Shown: piece by piece, positions 25,089 through 37,419 of the stretch
Numbering within the stretch: the first letter of the stretch is position 1
Layout: every line of letters starts with the position of its first letter
Assembly (NCBI GenBank): GCA_964016885.1
Contig: OZ024741.1
Span: forward strand, 117,056,001-117,120,000
DNA: 64,000 nt
DNA from: Eledone cirrhosa
Lineage: Eukaryota
Direction: 5' to 3'
The notes under the pieces: model-generated
The model's database searches: none
What the model was told of the DNA's origin: nothing
What the model saw: only the letters and a program-made list of their open reading frames with translations
Translations under genes and position numbers: made by a program

Positions 25089-25809
25089 ACTTTCCACTTT
25101 AGATCCCTGAATTAGTGATTAATCGCGGCAAATATATGTTTGGAATGAACCATTATATTGGGTGGGATTGCTAGTAAAGAACATAGCGACACTTTAACAT
25201 GTAGAATCATGTCTGTCCTTTCCTCTTCTCTCTTTCTTTCAATCTCCCTATATACAGGCCTTATTCTACCCTTTGCATACTTTGAAGTATTGCGTACTTT
25301 ACTTTGTATCTGTAATGCCTTGTTCTCCAAAATAAAATACAGGAACATTATATATACTAGCAGAAAAACCACCCTCAGGTGGTTTTCTGCTAGCATGTGT
25401 AGTGTGTATATTGATATTATACGCAAGTATATATACATGTAGATATGATACATCAAATAAAATCGTAATTGACAATTACACAGAAATTGAAAGAAGACGT
25501 TGTTACACTGTCTTATGTAATCAGTTACGTTATCCATTAAAAAGATGATATTATATATAAACTGCATTAAGGAGAAAATTAGTGACAGAAAATTAGTTTG
25601 TTTATTTAAGTGATCGCCACCGGAAGTGTTGACATCACACACTCTCTCTTTCTATATAGATGGTAGTTGAAGTGGTTGTGGTGGCGACGATATACCGGAA
25701 GTGCAACTTTGAAAAGAAGTCAATGTTAAATTATTTATTTTTTCGAAATTATTTTTGTTTACGAAATTTAGTAGATAAATTATGTAATATTCATTCATTA
25801 TTTATTCAA

Positions 25810-25998
25810 CGGTGGATTGGCAGTATCGGTAGAGGGTCGGACGCCATGCTTTGACGCATAGAGTTACGGCCCTTGCCATTCTGAGTTCAAATCCCGCCGA
25901 GGTTAACTTTGCCTTTCATCCTTATGGGGTCGATAAAATAAAGTACCAGTAATACACTGGGTATTTGCTGGCCTTGTGCCAAAAATAGAAACAATTAT
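25810..25998 (+). mobile_element. SINE S1 (full)
   Basis: ggtggattggcagtatcggtagag...gagttcaaatcccgccgagg...tagaaacaatt. A further fragment lies at ~26118-26225. Confidence 0.85.
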
Positions 25999-26336
25999 TT
26001 ATTCAAAGTAATCCAACTTATTTTACTAACGGGATAAAAAAAAAAACCGTACGCAGTTCCGCAGACCTTCCTTTATTATAGTTTAGATATATATCATCAT
26101 CGTCATTGATATTATTATCATGGGGTCGATAAAATAAAGTACCAGTAATGCATTGGGGGTCGATTTAATCGACTTTTCCTTCCCCCCAAAAATTGCTGAC
26201 CTTGCGCCGAAATCAAAAACCATTATATATATATATATATATATATATCTTCCCTTTACCTTTCTACGGAAATACTTAACAATATATATATATATATATA
26301 TACAGAAACAGAGAGAAAGAGAGCGAGAGTATGTGT

Positions 26337-26389
<53 letters not shown>

Positions 26390-26664
26390 GGTGCGACAAG
26401 GGGAAGTAGCAAGAACTAGAGAAGAGAGAGAAAAAGAAGGACGACCAAAGACCAAACAATGAAAATTACATTTCAGATGGAATTATGAATGGTGGTAGTG
26501 GTGGTGGGGAGCAGTTCAATGAATGAATTATGACAATAATGATGATGTCGAGGGGCATAAATAGATAGGCTGACGGACAGAGAGTGCCAGAGAGAGGGGG
26601 TAGAAAGAGAAAGAAGGAGAGACACAGACAGATCAATTGATAGTGAGTTAGATAGATAGATAGG

Positions 26665-26712
<48 letters not shown>

Positions 26713-27078
26713 AAGATAGATAGATCGATAAACAGTAAAGGGAGCATTTGAGGTAGTGGTTTTGGTGATAGTGATGATTTGAGAGAGAATAAAGGAGGGT
26801 AAGGTGGTGGTGGTGCTAAGAGAGTAAGGGGTAAAGAAGGGACTGGAAGGGATTGGGTAGAGACCATTTTAGCTAATCCGTTTAAAGCAGCTTTGCCAAT
26901 ATTGACGACGTGCCAAAGTCGGGTGTAGAAAGGGAGTCTGCAAAGAAAAAGGAGGGAATAGTGACTAGAAAAGATAATAAACACTATTTTCAACGGGATC
27001 CCAGAAGAGAACCGCTGAACTAATAAAGCAAAGAATGTAATCACTTCTTAATATTGTAATATTTCAGGGTGGTAAGGG

Positions 27079-27922
27079 CGCTGGATTGGCAGAGTCGTTA
27101 GAGTGTCGGGCAACATACCTTACAGCATATAGTGACATCCCTTTACGTTCTGAGTTCAAATCCCACTGAGGTTAGCTTTACCTTTCATTCTTACGGAATC
27201 GATAACATAAAGTACCAGTAATGCACTGAAATCAATTCAATCGAATTTCCCCTCTCCCAAAATTGTTGACCATGTGTCTAAATTAGAAACCAATATTTGT
27301 GATATTTCAGGATGATAAGGGCTGTGTATCAGCAGAGTCGTTAGAACATCGGACGACATGTTTTGCGGCTTGCAGTTACGACCCTTTACGTTCTGAGTTG
27401 AAATCCCGCCGAAGTTAGCTTAGCTTCTCATCCTTACAAGGTCGATAACATAAAGAGCCAGTAACGCACTAGAGTCGATTTAGTCCATTTCCCCATCCCA
27501 TCAAATTGCTGGCCTTGTGCCATTTGTGTCATTTCCAACGACTCGTGCTCCAGTTGATTCAATTAACTGAACTTTCTGCTCCTGAAATTAAATTATAAGT
27601 GACTGAGCATTCCTCAGACAGATGCACCTTAACGTAGTTCTCATGGTGATTCAGTGTGGCACAATGTGTGACAATCCTGACAGGTACAACCCATTTTAAG
27701 GAACATTATATTAAAAGCTAGTGGATTGGCAGTATCGGTAGATCGTCGGACACTATGCTTTGCAGCATAGTTACGGCCCTTTACGGTCTGTGTTCGAATC
27801 CAACCGAGGGGTTAGCTTTGCCTTTCATCCTCACAGGGTCGATAAATAAAGCACCAGTAATGCATTGGGGTCGATTTCATCCCCCAAAATTGCTGGCTTT
27901 TGCCTACATCAGAAACTATTAT
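27079..27922 (+). mobile_element. Cluster of three SINE S1 copies (27079-27295, 27320-27520, 27720-27922)
   Basis: Each has A/B boxes and the S1 body, diverged. Another copy lies at ~28945-29087. Confidence 0.8.
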
Positions 27923-28109
27923 ATTAAAAGCTAATCCAATAGAGAAATGTTCGTAAAGAAAATCTAGTAGAAATCATTCCTCTTTGATAAAGATAACCCC
28001 GGTTCGCTTATTGCATAAGATTCCGTTCCAGAAATATCCACCTCAAAACAAAACACCAGAACCTTTTGAATCGGAGATTTTTAAAGCAAATATCTATAGA
28101 ATTAAACGT

Positions 28110-28379
28110 CAGATCTGCCAACCTCTAAAAGCCCAGACGGGAGTACCCTGAAAAAAAAGGTGCCCCAAAATGGGGAGAAATGAGGCAAAATGGGGAGATT
28201 TTAAATAATTGTTTCTATATTTGGCACAAGGCCAGCAATTATACAGTACATTACTGGTACTTTATTTTATCGACCCCGTAATGAAAGCTATACCTATTTT
28301 CACAAGAGAAGACATCTCTCACCCACCCCAAAAGTGGGTGGGAGATCTCCCTGTCCGACGGGGAGAGTTGACAGGTCTG
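28110..28379. mobile_element. MITE with CAG termini and a 6-bp flanking duplication, carrying a SINE fragment
   Basis: CAGATCTGCCAAC ... GTTGACAGGTCTG with AAACGT on both sides. SINE piece at ~28207-28282 (minus). Confidence 0.6.
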
Positions 28380-29869
28380 AAACGTAGTTGATAAATTGAG
28401 TGTTTAGTTTTAGATTTTATATTACACTTAAGGACCACAGTGATAATTATAATACTAATCCAACTTGTAGTTTAGTAAATCCAACAAGTGCAAGTTAGGC
28501 ATAGTTAGTTAAAGACTCTTAAGTAAAATAATCCTTAAAATCAATCAAACAACTGATTTACTTTTACGGAATAATAGTATTTATGTTATCAATTAATGGT
28601 TTAATAGTATTAGCAATAAACATATTTATTAACTCACCCAACTTAATATAATCGAATTTTATCCTTCAATAATTTAATAACTAAATCTTTGCCAAAAAAA
28701 AAAGAACAAATGTTCACCAGGACTTACACGTCAATTAGTGGTTCCGATATTAAAATAATTATGCATGCACAATCGTTAAACCTTTTGAAATGAAAAGTGA
28801 TTCTAATTCTGGAGTTTGCATACATGATATAATTTTACTGAAATTTGTTCTATAAATACATATTTCATTCTAGACTGTGTTGAATTTTGAGATCTTATTA
28901 ATCTTCGAAGTTTACATTTATTATATGTAAATTCGTGGCAGAGAGTTCAAATCCCACCGAGGTTAGTTTTACCTTTCATCTTTACTGGGTCGATAAAATA
29001 AAGCATCAGTGAGTACTGGGGTCGATTTAATCGACTTTTCCCTCCCCTTCAAATTGTTGGCCTTGAGCCTAAAGTAGAAACAATTATATAATAAGTACAA
29101 TAATTTATATTGGTTAGTGTTGATGCAGTCATTTACAGTGTTCAGGTTCAAGATATCTTAAATTTAGATACAAGTGTCATTAGAGTTTGGAATAATATTT
29201 TTATAGTTTACATTTATTAATTAATGAATTTGATAATTAAAATTGTAGTTACATGGTGGCTTATTAGTTGTAGTATTCAGCTCACGACCTTACAGTCGCG
29301 ATTCCCGGTGACGAGTTGTGTCCTTGAGCTAGACACTATATTTCCTATTGCTCGAGTTGACCCAAATAGCAAAAATGAGATGTCCTGTTATTCAAAGGGC
29401 TACTCTTGCCACACATGTTGAATCTCCGTCAAAACTAAATTAAGGGTACGTATGCTTGTGGCATTGACATGTGCACGTAATTTCACGAGAAGGCTGTTCT
29501 AGGGAGTTCGAACTCAGAACGTAAAGAACCGGGACAAATAATGTAAAGCATTTCATTTGACGCACTATAAATACTGTCAAAACCATTCATCCAAGGGTCC
29601 TTAGCTTCAGATAGAGTCGCAGGAGCCCATTAGTGATATAAAGCTTGTTTCGTTCATTTAAATCTGGCAGAGCGCAACCTTCTCCAAGTGTAGACATAGC
29701 TAATTTCTTCCAAAACAAAGAAAGAGAAAGAGAGAGAGAGAGAGAGAAAGGCATATAGAGGAAGAATCGGTCCCAATACCGATTCAAAAGGTTCTTATGT
29801 CTTTTTTAGAGGTGGGTATTTCTGGAACGTGACCTTATGCAATAAGCAAATCGGTGTTGTCTTTATCAA

Positions 29870-30548
29870 AGAGGAAAGGATCGGTTTCAGTACTTAATTT
29901 TTCGATCTCGAATTGATGAAAGTCAAAGTCAACTTCGGCAGGAACTGAACCCAAAACGCAGAGAGCCGAAACGAATACTACAAAATATTCAATTCGACGT
30001 TCTAACCACTCCACCAATTCGCCGCCTTCCTTATTGTCAATACACCACCCTGAAATATTAGAAATATTGATTTCTAATTTAGCCACAATCCAGAAATTTG
30101 GAGGAAGGGTAATGTTGATAAAATGAATGCTAATACTTGACAGGTACTTTATTCTATCTATGTCCCAGAAGGATAAAAGTCATCGTTAAATTCGATGGGA
30201 TTTAAGCTCGAAATGTAAAGCGCAGAGCAAATGCCGCCAAGCATTTTATCCTACGCTCTAACGATTCTGCTAATCCACAGCCCTTGATGATGATGATGAT
30301 GATGATTGTTATGATGATGATGGATAATGATAATGGTTTCTTATATAGGCACAAGGCCAGAAATTCTGGGGGAGGGGAAAGTCGATTAAAACCACCCAAG
30401 TGCATTACTGGTCCTTTTTTTATCGACACCGTAAGGATAAAAGGCAAAGCTAACCTCGGTAGGATTTGAACTCAGAACGCAAGGGGACGTAACTACATGT
30501 CACAAAATATGTTGTTTGACGCTCTACCGATATTGCCAATACACCGCT
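29870..30548 (-). mobile_element. Cluster of three SINE S1 copies on the minus strand
   Basis: Heads end at ~30028, 30283 and 30548. Other diverged copies at ~54595-54706, 56760-56880 and 62955-63115. Confidence 0.75.
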
Positions 30549-31127
30549 CTTGATGATGATGATGATGATGATTATGATGAATAATGATAATATTAAAAAC
30601 AGCAACAACAACAACAACAGCAACACCTACAACAACCATAAAGACAATAATATTGCTTTAAAAATTACTACTAATAATACTAGAAGCAATTCTCCCCCGT
30701 CGAACCTTCGAAGCGTTAATTCTTCTGCACTTCTGAAAAACCTGCTTTGCTTTGAATATATTCCAAATGTGATGATTATGATCGATGCCGACCACGCCAT
30801 GTCAAAGGATCAAGTTGAGATTTGCCCGTGCGTGAGTAAAACTATTGAGAAATCTTCAAGCTAAGATCAGTGTTATATTTTGCTGTGCAGTGTAGTACAG
30901 TGCTGTGATTTGCTGTGTTGTGCAAGCTAGTTCATTTCAGTTCAGTACAGCTGAGTTCAATGTAGTGCAGTAGACGTGGTTGTGTATTTGTTTTTACTGT
31001 TGTTTGAGGAACGTATCATGCAGTAGGCGAGCGACCTTTCTCAGCAACGTCTTTATGTAACGGGGTGTGGAGCGATGTGTTAGGTAATCACTAATACAAA
31101 AACACGTATATATATATATAAATATAA

Positions 31128-31166
<39 letters not shown>

Positions 31167-31343
31167 CATGGGCGTGTGTGTGGTGCGTCTCCGAGTATGT
31201 ATGTATATACATACATATATCCATATACAGATATATAATATATATATATGTATATATATATGTGTGTGTGTGTGTTAGTATGCATATATATATATGCATA
31301 TATATATATTATGCATACATATATATATATATAAATTACATAG

Positions 31344-31497
<154 letters not shown>

Positions 31498-31764
31498 CAT
31501 ATACAATATACGCATATATAATCCACATACAGATATATAATATATAACATATATATGTGTGTGTGTGTGTGTGTGTGCCTGTGTGGATAGTGAAATCCAT
31601 AGAGACGGGCGAAAACATAACACATAATATGTAAGACATCTCTGGATATCTGGATATCTGCTTATTTGACATATGTGTAATAAGTGTAGAAATAACGAAA
31701 CAAAAGCCAGGTGATGGAGATACTCACAGGGATTATTAACAAAATGGAGTTTAGGCAGCATATG

Positions 31765-34700
31765 TGTGTCTGTGGTTGTGGTTGTGGCTGTGTCTGTGTC
31801 TGTGGCTGTGTCTGTGGTTGTGGTTGTGGTTGTGTCTGTGGCTGTGGTTGTGGTTGTGGTTGTGTCTGTGTCTGTGGCTGTGTCTGTGGTTGTGGTTGTG
31901 GCTGTGTCTGTGTCTGTGTCTGTGGCTGTGTCTGTGGTTGTGGTTGTGGTTGTGTCTGTGGCTGTGGTTGTGGTTGTGTCTGTGGCTGTGTCTGTGGTTG
32001 TGGTTGTGGTTGTGTCTGTGGCTGTGGTTGTGGTTGTGTCTGTGGCTGTGGCTGTGGTTGTGGTTGTGGTTGTGTCTGTGTCTGTGGCTGTGTCTGTGGT
32101 TGTGGCTGTGTCTGTGTCTGTGTCTGTGGTTGTGTCTGTGTCTGTGTCTGTGACTGTGTCTGTGGTTGTGGCTGTGTCTGTGTCTGTGGCTGTGGTTGTG
32201 GTTGTGTCTGTGTCTGTGACTGTGTCTGTGGTTGTGGTTGTGGCTGTGTCTGTGGTTGTGGCTGTGTATGTGGTTGTGGCTGTGGTCGTGGTTGTGGTTG
32301 TGTCTGTGTCTGTGTCTGTGGTTGTGTCTGTGTCTGTGTCTGTGACTGTGTCTGTGGTTGTGGCTGTGTCTGTGTCTGTGTCTGTGTCTGTGGTTGTGGT
32401 TGTGTCTGTGTCTGTGACTGTGTCTGTGGTTGTGGTTGTGGCTGTGTCTGTGGCTGTGGTTGTGGTTGTGGTTGTGTCTGTGTCTGTGGCTGTGGTTGCG
32501 GTTGTGGTTGTGTCTGTGTCTGTGACTGTGTCTGTGGTTGTGGTTGTGGCTGTGTCTGTGGTTGTGGCTGTGTATGTGGTTGTGGCTGTGTCTGTGACTG
32601 TGTCTGTGGTTGTGGTTGTGGCTGTGTCTGTGGCTGTGGTTGTGGTTGTGGTTGTGTCTGTGTCTGTGACTGTGTCTGTGGTTGTGGTTGTGGCTGTGTC
32701 TGTGTCTGTGGCTGTGTCTGTGGTTGTGGTTGTGGTTGTGTCTGTGGCTGTGGTTGTGGTTGTGGTTGTGTCTGTGTCTGTGGCTGTGTCTGTGGTTGTG
32801 GTTGTGGCTGTGTCTGTGTCTGTGTCTGTGGCTGTGTCTGTGGTTGTGGTTGTGGTTGTGTCTGTGGCTGTGGTTGTGGTTGTGTCTGTGGCTGTGTCTG
32901 TGGTTGTGGTTGTGGTTGTGTCTGTGGCTGTGGTTGTGGTTGTGTCTGTGGCTGTGGCTGTGGTTGTGGTTGTGGTTGTGTCTGTGTCTGTGGCTGTGTC
33001 TGTGGTTGTGGCTGTGTCTGTGTCTGTGTCTGTGGTTGTGTCTGTGTCTGTGTCTGTGACTGTGTCTGTGGTTGTGGCTGTGTCTGTGTCTGTGGCTGTG
33101 GTTGTGGTTGTGTCTGTGTCTGTGACTGTGTCTGTGGTTGTGGTTGTGGCTGTGTCTGTGGTTGTGGCTGTGTATGTGGTTGTGGCTGTGGTCGTGGTTG
33201 TGGTTGTGTCTGTGTCTGTGTCTGTGGTTGTGTCTGTGTCTGTGACTGTGTCTGTGGTTGTGGCTGTGTATGTGTCTGTGTCTGTGTCTGTGGTTGTGGT
33301 TGTGTCTGTGTCTGTGACTGTGTCTGTGGTTGTGGTTGTGGCTGTGTCTGTGGCTGTGGTTGTGGTTGTGGTTGTGTCTGTGTCTGTGGTTGTGGTTGCG
33401 GTTGTGGTTGTGTCTGTGTCTGTGACTGTGTCTGTGGTTGTGGTTGTGGCTGTGTCTGTGGTTGTGGCTGTGTATGTGGTTGTGGCTGTGTCTGTGACTG
33501 TGTCTGTGGTTGTGGTTGTGGCTGTGTCTGTGGCTGTGGTTGTGGTTGTGGTTGTGTCTGTGTCTGTGACTGTGTCTGTGGTTGTGGTTGTGGCTGTGTC
33601 TGTGGTTGTGGCTGTGTATGTGGTTGTGGCTGTGGTCGTGGTTGTGGTTGTGTCTGTGTCTGTGTCTGTGGTTGTGTCTGTGTCTGTGTCTGTGACTGTG
33701 TCTGTGGTTGTGGCTGTGTCTGTGTCTGTGTCTGTGGTTGTGGTTGTGTCTGTGTCTGTGACTGTGTCTGTGGTTGTGGTTGTGGCTGTGTCTGTGGCTG
33801 TGGTTGTGGTTGTGGTTGTGTCTGTGTCTGTGGCTGTGGTTGCGGTTGTGGCTGTGTCTATGTCTGTGTCTGTGTCTGTGTCTGTGGTTGTGGCTGTGTC
33901 TGTGTCTGTGTCTGTGGTTGTGGTTGAGGCTGTGTCTGTGTCTGTGGTTGTGGCTGTGTATGTGGTTGTGGCTGTGGTCGTGGTTGTGGTTGTGGCTGTG
34001 TCTGTGTCTGTGGCTGTGGTTGCGGTCGTGGTTGTGTCTATGTCTGTGTCTGTGTCTGTGTCTGTGGTTGTGGGTGTGTCTGTGTCTGTGTCTGTGGTTG
34101 TGGTTGAGGCTGTGTCTGTGGCTGTGGTTGTGGTTGTGTCTGTGTCTGTGGTTGTGGCTGTGTCTGTGGCTGTGGTTGTGGCTGTGGTTGTGGTTGTGGT
34201 TGTGGTTGTGTCTGTGTCTGTGTCTGTAGTTGTGGCTGAGTCTGTGTCTGTGGCTGTGGTTGTGGTTGTGTCTATGTCTGTGTCTGTGTCTGTGTCTGTG
34301 TCTGTGGCTGTGTCTGTGTCTGTGATTGTGGCTGTGTCTGTGTCTGTGACTGTGTATGTGTCTGTGGTTGTGGCTGTGTCTGTGGCTGTGGTTGTGTCTG
34401 TGTCTGTGGCTGTGGCTGTGGTTGTGGCTGTGGTTGTGGTTGTGTCTGTGGCTGTGTCTGTGTCTGTGGTTGTGTCTGTGTCTGTGGCTGTGGCTGTGGC
34501 TGTGTCTGTGGTTGTGGTTGTGGCTGTGTCTGTGACTGGCTGTGTCTGTGGTTGTGGTTGTGGCTGTGTCTGTGTCTGTGGCTGTGTCTGTGGTTGAGGT
34601 TGTGTCTGTGGCTGTGTCTGTGGTTGTGGCTGTGTCTGTGGTTGAGGTTGTGTCTGTGGTTGTGTCTGTGGCTGCGTCTGTGTCTGTGACTGTGTATGTG

Positions 34701-36738
34701 TCTGTGGCTGTGGCTGTGTCTGTGGCTGTGGTTGTGTCTGTGTCTGTGGCTGTGGCTGTGGTTGTGGCTGTGGTTGTGGTTGTGTCTGTGGCTGTGTCTG
34801 TGTCTGTGGTTGTGTCTGTGTCTGTGGCTGTGGCTGTGGCTGTGTCTGTGGTTGTGGTTGTGGCTGTGTCTGTGACTGGCTGTGTCTGTGGTTGTGGTTG
34901 TGGCTGTGTCTGTGTCTGTGGCTGTGTCTGTGGTTGAGGTTGTGTCTGTGGCTGTGTCTGTGGTTGTGGCTGTGTCTGTGTCTGTGGTTGTGGTTGTGGT
35001 TGTGGCTGTGTCTGTGGCTGGCTGTGTCTGTGGTTGTGGTTGTGGCTGTGTCTGTGTCTGTGGCTGTGTCTGTGGTTGTGGTTGTGTCTGTGGCTGTGTC
35101 TGTGGTTGTGGTTGTGGCTGTGTCTGTGGCTGTGGCTGTGGCTGTGGTTGTGGCTGTGGTGGTGGCTGAGTCTGTGTCTGTGGCTGTGTCTGTGTCTGTG
35201 GTTGTGGTTGTGTCTGTGTCTGTGTCTGTGGCTGTGTCTGTGTCTGTGGTTGTGGCTGTGGTTGTGGCTGTGGTTGTGGTTGTGTCTGTGGCTGTGGCTG
35301 GCTGTGTCTGTGGTTGTGGTTGTGGCTGTGTCTGTGGTTGAGGTTGTGTCTGTGGCTGTGTCTGTGGCTGTGGCTGTGTCTGTGTCTGTGGTTGTGGTTG
35401 TGGTTGAGGCTGTGTCTGTGGTTGTGGTTGTGTCTGTGGTTGTGGTTGTGTCTGTGTCTGTGGTTGTGGTTGTGGCTGTGTCTGTGGCTGTGGCTGTGGC
35501 TGTGGTTGTGGCTGTGGTTGTGGCTGAGTCTGTGTCTGTGGCTGTGTCTGTGTCTGTGGTTGTGGTTGTGTCTGTGTCTGTGTCTGTGGCTGTGTCTGTG
35601 TCTGTGGTTGTGGCTGTGGTTGTGGCTGTGGTTGTGGTTGTGTCTGTGGCTGTGGCTGGCTGTGTCTGTGGTTGTGGTTGTGGCTGTGTCTGTGTCTGTG
35701 TCTGTGGTTGTGGTTGTGGCTGTGTCTGTGGCTGTGGTTGTGGTTGTGGTTGTGTCTGTGTCTGTGGCTGTGGTTGTGGCTGTGTCTGTGTCTGTGGCTG
35801 TGTCTGTGGTTGAGGCTGTGTCTGTGTCTGTGTCTGTGGTTGTGGCTGTGTCTGTGTATGTGGCTGTGGTTGTGGTTGTGGTTGTGGTTATGTCTGTGTC
35901 TGTGTCTGTGGTTGTGGCTGAGTCTGTGTCTGTGGTTGTGGCTGTGTATGTGGTTGTGGCTGTGGTCGTGGTTGTGGTTGTGGCTGAGTCTGTGGCTGTG
36001 GTTGTGGTTGTGGTTGTGTCTGTGTCTGTGGCTGTGGTTGTGGTTGTGGTTGTGTCTGTGTCTGTGGCTGTGGTTGTGGTTGTGGTTGAGGCTGTGTCTG
36101 TGGCTGTGTCTGTGGTTGTGGTTGTGTCTCTGTCTGTGACTGTGTCTGTGGTTGTGGCTGTGTCTGTGTCTGTGTCTGTGTCTGTGGCTGTGGTTGTGGT
36201 TGTGTCTGTGTCTGTGGCTGTGGTCGTGGTTGTGGTTGTGGTTGTGTCTGTGGCTGTGGTTGTGGTTGTGGTTGAGGCTGTGTCTGTGGCTGACTGTGTC
36301 TGTGGTTGTGGTTGTGGCTGTGTCTGTGGTTGTGTCTGTGTCTGTGGCTGTGGTTGTGGTTGTGTCTGTGTCTGTGGTTGTGGCTGAGTCTGTGTCTGTG
36401 GCTGTGTCTGTGGTTGTGGTTGTGACTGTGTCTGTGCTTGTGTATGTGTGTGTGCCTGTGTCTGTGTCTGTGTCTGTGCCTGTGTATGTGTGTGTGCCTG
36501 TGTCTGTGTCTGTGTCTGTGTCTGTCGCTGTGTCTGTGTCTGTGACTGTGTCTGTGGCTGTGGCTGTGTCTGTGGTTGTGGCTGTGTCTGTGGCTGTGGT
36601 TGTGGCTGTGTCTGTGTCTGTGTCTGTGGTTGTGGTTGTGTCTGTGGTTTTGGCTGTGTCTGTGGTTGTGGCTGTGGTTGTGGCTGTGTCTGTGTCTGTG
36701 GTTGTGGTTGTGTCTGTGGTTGTGTCTGTGTCTGTGTC
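31765..36738. repeat. ~5-kb hexamer satellite TGTG(TC/GT/GC/AC) with higher-order repeats
   Basis: Invariant TGTG plus a variable dinucleotide. Rare variants recur 906 bp apart (GGTCGT at 32287 and 33193). Confidence 0.95.
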
Positions 36739-36996
36739 TTTATTGTAAAGACGAAGATATGAGTCATTTGTTTATAAGGCCGTAATGCTTATGTGTATGA
36801 GTATGTGTGTGTGTGTGTATATGTGTATGATTGCATGTGTGTGTACGCGTCCGTATGACGTATCAAAGAAAATTAATCTATCAATAAATATACGTGTGTG
36901 TATATACACGCCCCCCTCCCCACACACACACATTTATATATATATACGCATGTATGTGCTTATATGTATATAAACATATATATATTATATTATATC

Positions 36997-37033
<37 letters not shown>

Positions 37034-37419
37034 ATATTCCAGTAAGTTATTTATACAAGCATATGGTTTATCATATACATGCTCGCTTGACATGTATTTA
37101 AAAAGGGCATGCATGCTGTTGTAATGACTCTGCTTAAGATATCATAAGTGTGATTTCATGGACAAGACATGAATTCCCAATTCTATTTATCTATCTATCT
37201 ATCTATCTATCTATCTTGATAGAGTAAGACACGCTTCGCATCGGCTCCGCTATTCCATCGGGATTTACCCTTACTATTGTAAGTACCGGATAAATTTTTT
37301 AGTGCAACACATTTGGAACACTAACCCCTGTTATTTAGGGAAACATTTTTGCATTTACCCCCTTTTTTAGGGGGTAAAATAAATATCTATTTTTGCCGAA
37401 AAATTTCTTTCTTGGCAGC

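Noticed and set aside
25357-25393. Small hairpin CTAGCAGAAAAACCACC-CTCA-GGTGGTTTTCTGCTAG
   Set aside because: Isolated, with no hammerhead core or second copy seen, so there is not enough to assign a function.
25810-25900. A/B-box sequences as functional tRNA genes
   Set aside because: They are heads of multi-copy SINEs followed by a shared body and tail, and no cloverleaf could be built.
31711-36767. Very long Cys/Gly-, Val/Ser- and Gln/Thr/His-rich ORFs (738, 943, 831 aa)
   Set aside because: They are translations of a stop-poor hexamer satellite, open in several frames on both strands, with frame-breaking indels and no unique domain.
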